The notes beneath the pieces were generated by a model that was not told where the DNA came from, ran no database searches, and saw only the letters and a program-made list of their open reading frames with translations. The translations under genes were made by a program, and so were the position numbers. Of a stretch of DNA of 64,000 nt, positions 57,010 to 64,000 are shown one piece after another (position 1 is the stretch's first letter; the number at the start of each line of letters is the position of its first letter). The stretch is from a bacterium (lineage in GTDB: Bacteria > UBA8248): contig OZ241996.1 in assembly GCA_965204535.1 (NCBI GenBank), positions 896,001-960,000 of the forward strand, given 5' to 3'.

Positions 57010-58182
57010 ATGGACGGGCTGGAAGGAATTCGGGTGCTGGACCTCACGCATTACGTGGCGGGGCCGTTCTGCACGCTGATGATGGGGGACGCGGGCGCGG
57101 ACGTGGTGAAGCTCGAACCGCCCGAGGGCGACCGCGTGCGGAATTTTCCGTCTTCCTTCGCCGGAGAGAGCAGGCTGTTCCTGGGGCTGAACCGCAGCAA
57201 GCGCAGCCTCGCCCTGAATCTGCGGGCGGAGCAGGGCAGGGAGATCGCCAAAAAACTGGCCGCGCAAGCCGACGTGTTCGTAGAGGGCTACCGCCCCGGC
57301 GCGGTCGAGAAGTTCGGCCTCGGCGCGGACGCCCTGATGCGCGAAAACCCCCGTCTCATCTATCTCTCGGTCTCCGCCTACGGGCAGGGCGGCCCCCTGC
57401 GCGAACGGCGAGGCATCGACCCCATCATCCAGACCACGGCCGGCATTCCCGCCGAGCAGGGCGGGGGCGGCGCGCCCGAACTCGTGCAGGGTTCTTTCGT
57501 GGACTACATGACGGGCGCGCTCGCGTACGGCGCGGTGATGATGGCGCTCTACGTCCGGGAGCGCACGGGCGAGGGCCAGCGGGTCGACGCATCGCTCCTG
57601 GGCGGGGCGACGGCCATGCAGTTCGGACGCCTCATGTGGGCGAGTGATTCAGAGCCCGTCTCGGAGGTGGAAGACGCCCTGAACGACCGCATCGCCCGCG
57701 TGTATGAAGTCTCCGACGGCCATATCTATCTCTACATGGACGTGGACGGCTTCTGGGAGAAATCCTCAGAAATTCTGGGTCTTCCCGAACTGCTCGAAGA
57801 AGAGGCCTGGCGGACCTTCCGGGGAAGGCACGATGCGAGAGGCGTCATCATCCCCCTGGTGCAGGAGGTTCTGCGCACGGCGCCGGGCGAGGAATGGGTG
57901 CGCAAGTTCGAGGGCGAGGGCGTGCCCTGCGCACGCGTGCGAAAGCCCACGGATCTGTATGAGGACCCGCAGATGAAGGCGATGGGCTATCTGGCGCGGG
58001 CCGAGCATCCCGAATACGGGGTGTTGCAGCTCGGCGGCGTGCCCGTGAAGTTCGACAAGACGCCCTCTTCGGTGCGCAGGCCGCCGCCCGTGCTCGGCCA
58101 GCATTCCGATGAGGTGCTGCGCGAACTCGGCTTATCAGTTGAGGAAATTGCCGCTCTCAGGAGGGAGGACGTCGTCCGCTAG
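57010..58182 (+). CDS. CoA-transferase family III (CaiB/BaiF)
   Basis: 'LEGIRVLDL..VAGPFC..MGDAGADVVKLEPP.GD', 'NRSKRSL', 'PPPVLGQH'. Confidence 0.93.
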   Translation: MDGLEGIRVLDLTHYVAGPFCTLMMGDAGADVVKLEPPEGDRVRNFPSSFAGESRLFLGLNRSKRSLALNLRAEQGREIAKKLAAQADVFVEGYRPGAVEKFGLGADALMRENPRLIYLSVSAYGQGGPLRERRGIDPIIQTTAGIPAEQGGGGAPELVQGSFVDYMTGALAYGAVMMALYVRERTGEGQRVDASLLGGATAMQFGRLMWASDSEPVSEVEDALNDRIARVYEVSDGHIYLYMDVDGFWEKSSEILGLPELLEEEAWRTFRGRHDARGVIIPLVQEVLRTAPGEEWVRKFEGEGVPCARVRKPTDLYEDPQMKAMGYLARAEHPEYGVLQLGGVPVKFDKTPSSVRRPPPVLGQHSDEVLRELGLSVEEIAALRREDVVR

Positions 58183-58320
58183 CGGATTTTACTTTCGAGT
58201 CGGGTGGATTGACCGAAGAATGTCGACGCGCTCGGTATTCCGCCCGAATCCAGGACAGATAAATTTCCCGGCGAAACTTCTTTTTGCCATTTTCATCAAA
58301 CATCAAACGTGGAGAGTAAA

Positions 58321-59541
58321 ATGATTCGCAGACTACGCACCGAAAGAGACAACCAGCAGTGGATGCTCGACCTGGCCCTGAACATGAGGGGCCGCGTCCA
58401 GAACTTCGAGCGCGATTACTTGGAAGTCCCCCAGGGCAAGCGCGCCCACAACTACCAGATGCTGCCCAAGGTCTGGCGCGAGTCCGCGGAATTTCACGAG
58501 ACACTCGGCAAGAAGGCCCAGCGAGAGGGGTTCGACGCCACGGCCACGGAGCACTACGACCACGCCATCGAGGCCTACCGCATGGCGCAGCACCCGATCT
58601 TCTACGACGACAACCCGGTGAAGATCTACCTGTGCAACAAGCTGAAGGAAATGGTCGACAGGCGCTCGGAGACGGCGTCTTATCCCATCGAGCGCGTCGA
58701 GGTGCCCTTCGACGACGGCAAGACGATCTCCTGCCTCCTGCACCTGCTTCCCGACCGGAGAAAAGCGCCCTGCATCATCTACGTGCCGGGCATGGATCAG
58801 AGCAAAGAAGTATTCCCCCACGCGCGGCACAACGTGGCGGCGGACAGGGGCTTTCACGTCATTGCGATGGACGGTCCGGGGCAGGGCAACTCCAACATCC
58901 AGAAGATCCGCGCCGTCGGCGACAACTACGAGCGCGCGGGTGCTGCGGTGATGGACTACCTCCTCGGGCGCGAGGAGGTCGAACCCACCAAGATCGGCAT
59001 CTACGGCATCAGCATGGGGAGCTTCTGGTCGCTCCGCCTGGCGAGCTACGACCACCGGGCGGCGGCGGTGGCGAGTGCGGTGGCGTGTTTCAACCCGAAC
59101 AACACCATCTTCACGCAGTCCTCGCCTCGCTTCAAGCAGGTGTTCATGTACATGGCGGGGATGGACGATGAGGACGCGTTCGACGAGATGGCGCGCAACA
59201 TGACCGTCAAGGGCTATATGGACAAGGTGCAGTGCCCCACGCTGCTCGTGACGGGCGAATTCGACCCGCTCTGCCCGCTCGAGGACGCCATCGAGGTGTA
59301 TGAGGATTTGACGTGCAAGAAGGAGATGTGGGTGTTCGAGAACCAGTTCCACCCCCTCGTGAACCTCTCGAACCTGGGCGGCGTGGACAACCACCAGTAC
59401 ATTCTCGACTGGCTGCACCGCGCCCTGATAGGCGAGAGCGTAAGCGACGACCGCATCGCCTACGTCAAGGAGAACGGCGACGGCCCCTTCGGCGAGTGCG
59501 AGTGGACGCCGCCCGTAAGGCCCGGCGAGGTGTATTTCTAG
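58321..59541 (+). CDS. Alpha/beta hydrolase, 2,6-dihydroxypseudooxynicotine hydrolase/FrsA-like
   Basis: 'IERVEVPF', 'PGMDQSKE', 'DGPGQG', 'GISMG', 'GEFDPL'. Confidence 0.85.
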   Translation: MIRRLRTERDNQQWMLDLALNMRGRVQNFERDYLEVPQGKRAHNYQMLPKVWRESAEFHETLGKKAQREGFDATATEHYDHAIEAYRMAQHPIFYDDNPVKIYLCNKLKEMVDRRSETASYPIERVEVPFDDGKTISCLLHLLPDRRKAPCIIYVPGMDQSKEVFPHARHNVAADRGFHVIAMDGPGQGNSNIQKIRAVGDNYERAGAAVMDYLLGREEVEPTKIGIYGISMGSFWSLRLASYDHRAAAVASAVACFNPNNTIFTQSSPRFKQVFMYMAGMDDEDAFDEMARNMTVKGYMDKVQCPTLLVTGEFDPLCPLEDAIEVYEDLTCKKEMWVFENQFHPLVNLSNLGGVDNHQYILDWLHRALIGESVSDDRIAYVKENGDGPFGECEWTPPVRPGEVYF

Positions 59542-59646
59542 GGGGAGCCGAGAGGCGGGGAACTGAGCGTTACTCCGCTGTCTTGATGGGTTTTTGGGGT
59601 TCACTTCCCTCTTGAGGATTGTTGCCGACCGAGGAGAGAAGAAATT

Positions 59647-59981
59647 CACTCCCCCCTTGAGGGGTCTGTTGAAAAACCCCTCGTCGGGGGGGATGTTGCC
59701 TTTGGCGGGAAGGCCGCTTTCGCGCGAACCCCCGACCTCCTTCGTCGAAAACCAACCCCCCCTACCCCCCCTTGACAGGGGGGTATAAAAAGACGATGCG
59801 CCCCCGCTAGGCTGAGGGGTTTGCCTTTTCTTACCCCCCTGTCAAGGGGGGGTAGGGGGGGTTGCTCTTTTAAGGAAGGTTTTTTCTACAACCCTCAAGG
59901 GGGGAGTTTATCTTGCTCCCTTGCGAACATTGCGGGAAGGATTGCGTTTTATAGGTAGCGCTCCCTTCTTGGGAGCGCTAC
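59647..59981. repeat. Mixed repeat cluster 6
   Basis: MITE unit 59661-59894 with G/C-run doublet cargo, nested between cactccccccttga and tcaaggggggagt. GTAG palindrome 59955-59981. Confidence 0.82.
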
Positions 59982-59994
59982 AGACATGCGGCCC

Positions 59995-60042
59995 TTAAAG
60001 ATGGCCGGGAGAGGAAAGGGTGGCCTCAAGAACGACCCGCAC
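59995..60042 (-). pseudogene. Truncated PIN toxin (first five codons only)
   Basis: GTG CGG GTC GTT CTT GAG = 'VRVVLE', overlapping the RHH gene end like MRVVLDTN PIN toxins. Stop after 15 codons. Confidence 0.55.
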
Positions 60043-60262
60043 GCGCGGCGTCCACTTCCTCGTCGATTAGATCGAGGAGGTCCTGCTGGTCAAGTCGGGC
60101 GTTGCGCTCCTTGACCTGGCTGACGGTGAGTTCCAAAACGCGGCGTCGCACGGCTTCATCCACGAAGCGGGAGAGGTCTCCTTTCTTGCCGCCGTTTCGC
60201 GCAAGAAAGGTTCGGACCGCGCGGTCGGTTTCTTCGGGGATGGAAAGGTTCCATCGGGTCAT
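60026..60262 (-). CDS. Ribbon-helix-helix antitoxin-like protein
   Basis: 'TRWNLSIPEETDRAVRTFLA..GGKKGDLSRFVDEAV'. RBS AGGAG. Confidence 0.85.
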   Translation of the reverse strand: MTRWNLSIPEETDRAVRTFLARNGGKKGDLSRFVDEAVRRRVLELTVSQVKERNARLDQQDLLDLIDEEVDAARAGRS

Positions 60263-60408
60263 GGGCCAGTCTCCTGCGCATATGCACATAAGCGCATACA
60301 CACCTATCTTATCGAAACTTGGTTCTCTCCGTCAAATTTCCGCCTGCTGAATGATCTTGGCTTCCCGCGGCCCCGGCGAGGTGTATTTCTAGGGGTGATC
60401 AGAGGCGG

Positions 60409-60798
60409 TTACCGGACTCTCGTAACATATCTGCCCACCCGAACCGTGCGGTCGGGCGTCAGTGTGACTTCGAGAACCTGACCGGCGAGGTCGACCTCCG
60501 CCAATTGAACCAGGGCGTGCTCGAACAGCTTCGTTTGGACGTTCAAGCTCATGAGCCCGTGCGCTACGTTGATGCAGACGAGACCGGGGTGGCCGCGCTC
60601 CCGTTCCATGAGCGACGTGAAATCCACTGCGTCGTTCGTCACGAGCACAAATCCGTCTCGAATGGCACGCCGGACGAGGAGCCAGTTCTTTCGGGACCTC
60701 AATCCGATCCAGTTCACGTGCGTCGATTCCGGAAACCCCCGTTTCCGGGCGATGGCCGCGAGCGCAGGGCTCAGGCATTCGTCGATGAGAAACTTCAC
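60409..60798 (-). CDS. DUF5615 family PIN-like toxin
   Basis: 'KFLIDECLSP', 'VLVTNDAVDF', 'HPGLV'. GTGA overlap with the DUF433 gene. Confidence 0.85.
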   Translation of the reverse strand: MKFLIDECLSPALAAIARKRGFPESTHVNWIGLRSRKNWLLVRRAIRDGFVLVTNDAVDFTSLMERERGHPGLVCINVAHGLMSLNVQTKLFEHALVQLAEVDLAGQVLEVTLTPDRTVRVGRYVTRVR

Positions 60799-61418
60799 CG
60801 GCTCGGAGGCAATTCCCGGAAATCGACCTCGCTCGATATGACCGGTTTTCGGCTGCGCCAGAAGGGTCCTTGACGGGGGCGGCCGCGGCGCGGGTAGGCC
60901 CGGGCATAGAGGGCCGCGGCTTCGATCTGGGCTTCCACGAGGGAGGGGTAAGCCGCGCGGACGGCGTCCACGCCGTCGCCGCCAGCGAGCATTTCGGCGA
61001 TATCGTGAACGGGTATGCGGGTTCCCTTGATGCACGCTGTACCGGAAAGTACGGCCTCATCGGACGCGATCATCTTGCGCGCCCTCGCCAGCCTGGAAAG
61101 CCCTCTGCGCACTTGGCCCTTCATGGGCCGCACGTCGACGGACACGTTGTTCTCACGGGCCGTCCCGGCCTTCGGATTCTCGAGAAGATAGCGCACGAGC
61201 CGACGGCGTCCGTCGAGGGTGAGGGTGTCCGTCGTCTCGTGGGCGAGCTTGAGGCCCACCAGGCCGTCGTAAAGGATGAAGCGGGAGCCCTTTTGGCTTT
61301 CCGCGGCGGCGCCCAGAAGGCCCGAGTCGATGATGCGGTGCACCTGTTTCAGAGGTACGCCGGTGACACAGGCCGCCTCGTTCGCCGACATGGCCCGGTC
61401 CGCAATGCCAGTCGCCAT
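60795..61418 (-). CDS. DUF433 domain antitoxin with N-terminal HTH
   Basis: 'VLSGTACIKGTRIPVHDIAEML..G....V..AYPSL...QIEAA..YA'. Confidence 0.88.
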   Translation of the reverse strand: MATGIADRAMSANEAACVTGVPLKQVHRIIDSGLLGAAAESQKGSRFILYDGLVGLKLAHETTDTLTLDGRRRLVRYLLENPKAGTARENNVSVDVRPMKGQVRRGLSRLARARKMIASDEAVLSGTACIKGTRIPVHDIAEMLAGGDGVDAVRAAYPSLVEAQIEAAALYARAYPRRGRPRQGPFWRSRKPVISSEVDFRELPPSR

Positions 61419-61658
61419 TATCTTTCCTCCATTCTGGAAAGAATATAGCCCATCGTGGATCAAAATGCCAGCCCGCTTACGCCGTGGGCCGGCTCCCTGA
61501 CCCTGGCCAAGACGAAGAGGGATATCGGATCTGCATGAGGCTCCAGAACATATGAAAGGAACTGGCCGTCCCGCCGGACACTTCACGCAACGCGGGCGGC
61601 GCTTTTCGCTCGCCTGGTGTAGAATCCCGCGAAACCGGACGTTTCACGGGAGGCGCGC

Positions 61659-62174
61659 ATGTTTTCTATCGCCCTGATAGCACTGCTTTTGCCGCTCGTT
61701 CCCGCCGGAGGCGCGTCCGCCGCACAGCCCGTCTCCGAGTGCAACCCGGCGATGGTCGGCGAGTGGATTTGCGGGGAGATCCGGTACCTGAAAATATCCT
61801 TTGAGGTGGGTGAAGACGCGATTACGAGAGTGACCTTCGTAGACGCTTCGGTTTCCGGAGAGGGGCGCGGGCGCAAAACGCACACGGAAATCGTGGACGG
61901 GAAGGTCCATGCTCTTGAGAACGGCGCCCGGTACGCCTCTTCGTGCAACCATAGAATCGGCCCGAGGGGCCATAAAATTTATCGACGCGCCGCCCGGGAT
62001 GATACCACCGGAAGGGTTCTCATCGGGGATTACATCGTCCTGGAAGACGGGCGAATGCTCATCGGCCTGTTCGGCGATGGAAAGATGGAAGGCTACGATG
62101 TCAAGAATTCCTCCAGGCCGAACGAGCCGGACCACATCGTCGAGTGCATCAGGTGTAAAAAAACCGGCTGTTGA
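61659..62174 (+). CDS. Hypothetical secreted protein
   Basis: RBS GGAGG, signal peptide 'ALIALLLPLVPAGGASA'. Confidence 0.65.
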   Translation: MFSIALIALLLPLVPAGGASAAQPVSECNPAMVGEWICGEIRYLKISFEVGEDAITRVTFVDASVSGEGRGRKTHTEIVDGKVHALENGARYASSCNHRIGPRGHKIYRRAARDDTTGRVLIGDYIVLEDGRMLIGLFGDGKMEGYDVKNSSRPNEPDHIVECIRCKKTGC

Positions 62175-62287
62175 GGCCTTGCCGGCCGGATCGATTCTGC
62201 CGTTTGGCGGCGCGGCGACTATCGCCCGGGTGAACGCGCAAGCGGCGTGCGCCAAGTGAGTCAGCAAGCCTAACCCTGGAGAATTTC

Positions 62288-63163
62288 TTGAACCCCTTGC
62301 TGGCTTCGTTCTTCGCGCTCGCCTCCTCAGTGCTGTTCGCCGTCTTCAGCGTCATGGCGCGAAGGTACATGCGCTACACGAGCGCCTTCACGGGCAGCCT
62401 CATCACGCTGAGCATCGGCACGGTGGTTCTGGTCGCGATCTCGGCCTTTCTTTCCCCGTGGAGGGAGCTCACGCTGCCGGTCGCCCTGTGGTTTCTGGCG
62501 GGCGGTGCGCTCGCGCCCGGATTGGCGCAGGCGCTCATGTTCCTGAGCATCGGTTATATCGGGGTGGGCCGCGCCATGCCGCTCATCACGGTGACGCCTT
62601 TTTTCTCCACCCTCGTGGCGATGGCCTGGCTCGGCGAGCGGCCGGGCGTCGTGGTCCTGGCGGCGACGCTCTTCGTCGTCGCGGGATGCGTCCTGCTGGC
62701 GCTCAGGAGAGAAGGCGAGAAACCCTGGCGGCGGATTTTCATCCTCATGCCGATGGCGCACGCCGTATCGTTCGCCTTCGCCGCGTCCATCAGAAAACAC
62801 GTGCTCGCCCTCATGCCCGAACCGCTGCTGGGCGCCACGCTTTCCTATGCGATCTCCATCCCCGTGCTGTTCGTGTTCTATCCCTTCCTGCCCGAAGACG
62901 AGCGGCTCTCCTTCAACCGCGCGGGCGTGAAGGGGTTCGCGGTGGCGGGCTCGATTCTCACGCTTTCTTTTTTCTGCCATTTCACGTCGTACCGCTACGG
63001 GGACGTGTCGATCATCGCGCCCATCGTGTATACGGCGCCGCTGTTCTCCCTGCTGCTCGCGCGGATATGGCTCAAGGGGGAAGAAGAGATTACCTGGCAG
63101 AAAACGGTGGGCGCGGTCTTGTTGTTCATCGGGATGGTGGTGATCATCTGGCAGGCGGCGTGA
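62288..63163 (+). CDS. DMT/EamA family transporter
   Basis: 10 TM segments, 'GALAPGL', 'PFFSTLVAMAWLGER', 'GDVSIIAPI..TAPLF'. Confidence 0.88.
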   Translation: MNPLLASFFALASSVLFAVFSVMARRYMRYTSAFTGSLITLSIGTVVLVAISAFLSPWRELTLPVALWFLAGGALAPGLAQALMFLSIGYIGVGRAMPLITVTPFFSTLVAMAWLGERPGVVVLAATLFVVAGCVLLALRREGEKPWRRIFILMPMAHAVSFAFAASIRKHVLALMPEPLLGATLSYAISIPVLFVFYPFLPEDERLSFNRAGVKGFAVAGSILTLSFFCHFTSYRYGDVSIIAPIVYTAPLFSLLLARIWLKGEEEITWQKTVGAVLLFIGMVVIIWQAA

Positions 63164-63201
63164 GGCCTGCGGGCGCGGACGAAAAACGAGGTATGCATAA
63201 T

Positions 63202-63591
63202 CACTCCCCCCTTGAGGGGGTTGTTGAAAAAGCTCCTGAGAGGGGAATGGCAACCCCTTGAAAGGGAAACCACATAAAGGCAACCCCCCCTTGTCAGGGG
63301 GGTAAAAAAGCGACGCCCGCCGCCGGTTCGCCAATCGTCGGTTGAGGGGCTTTTGTTTTTTCTTGCCCCCCTGACAAGGGGGGTAGGGGGGGGTGCTCCT
63401 TTGGCTAAGGTTTTTTCAACAGCCCCTCCCCGGTCGGCATTGATTGCCGGAATGACGAGCAATAGCGGTATCCACATTGTAGGGGCGGTGCGCGAACCGC
63501 CCCTACGGGGCCACGGGGAAGCGTATTCCGGGGTTAAGGTATAAGAACAGGCGCGCTCGCACAGTAGGGACAGGTCGCGACCTGTCCCTAC
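63202..63591. repeat. Mixed repeat cluster 7
   Basis: cactccccccttga followed by MITE unit 63217-63426 (G/C-run doublet cargo), GCCGGAATGACG half-site, GTAG palindromes 63479-63506 and 63564-63591 (identical to 42747-42774). Confidence 0.85.
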
Positions 63592-63600
63592 AATCAAAAC

Positions 63601-64000
63601 CTACTTCGCTTTATCCAGAATCCCCGTCGCCTCCAGGTCCTTGCGGAACGCGTCCTTCTCGCGCTGCGTCAGGGGCACGATGGGCGGGCGCGGCTCGCCC
63701 GCGGGCAGGCCGAGCAGCTTCGTCCATTCCTTGAGATAGGCCGTCGTGCGCCCGTTCGGACCCGTCGTGAAATACTTCTTGCGCACCGCCCGCAGGGGTT
63801 CCAGCGAGTAGTTGATCTGCCAGGCCTTTTCCGTGTCGCCGGCCATCGCGGCTTCGTAGTAGTCGCGGATCGGCGTGTAGCCCGGCACCTGGAAGAGATA
63901 CGGCACGGGCGAGGACATGTGCACCTGCATATCCAGATGCAGGAGGCTGACCAGGAAGTTCTCCTCGTTCGGGTCGCAGACGACGATCTCATCCCCCACG
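63601..64000 (-). CDS. Dihydrodipicolinate synthase (DapA)-like aldolase family, C-terminal part
   Basis: 'AMAGDTEKAWQI..SLEPLR...LKEW..LLGLPAGEPRPPIVPLT'. 5' end lies outside the window. Confidence 0.7.
   Translation of the reverse strand, partial: VGDEIVVCDPNEENFLVSLLHLDMQVHMSSPVPYLFQVPGYTPIRDYYEAAMAGDTEKAWQINYSLEPLRAVRKKYFTTGPNGRTTAYLKEWTKLLGLPAGEPRPPIVPLTQREKDAFRKDLEATGILDKAK

Larger units (their letters stand above)
59521..60395. repeat. 24-bp direct repeat of the hydrolase 3' end (59521-59544 and 60372-60395)
   Basis: cccggcgaggtgtatttctagggg occurs twice, 851 bp apart. Confidence 0.85.

Noticed and set aside
28551-63591. CRISPR arrays in the repeat clusters
   Set aside because: Repeats are inverted, heterogeneous and irregularly spaced, with no constant repeat-spacer period and no cas genes.

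Overview
Bacterial chromosome window in two parts. About 1-27.3 kb is an accessory/defence island. It holds the 3' end of a type I restriction HsdR with an M48/DUF45 partner, a stand-alone SIR2 protein, DUF2513, and a head-to-tail dimer of a 3413-bp IS66-family element (long coiled-coil transposase plus a DUF4338/DruA-like passenger). It also holds a minus-strand cassette of secreted Sel1/PG-binding/ankyrin paralogues (one ends in a DGR-like FGE/CLec domain), a GH113-like domain inserted in a TbpB-like lipoprotein, an IS66-type MITE, a decayed tRNA-Leu, and an AAA_21/DUF3696 ATPase with a PIN partner. About 27.3-64 kb is GC-rich metabolic backbone: TRAP/TAXI transporters, acyl-CoA synthetases, MBL hydrolases, prpF-aconitase-citrate synthase, a CoA transferase and TA modules. 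Its intergenic spaces are packed with at least five palindromic repeat families, often enclosed by one shared MITE-type terminal inverted repeat. Main leads: (1) the IS66-DUF4338 element sits exactly 8 bp from IS-end-like sequences (three identical 8-bp spacers and a degenerate pre-existing end), suggesting end-targeted array building; (2) MITEs that carry different REP families as cargo and nest in the loop of another palindrome; (3) a modular ankyrin/CLec binder cassette with a probable remote DGR target. Gene content resembles marine sponge-associated bacteria (inference only). All family calls come from motif recognition by eye; no searches were run.
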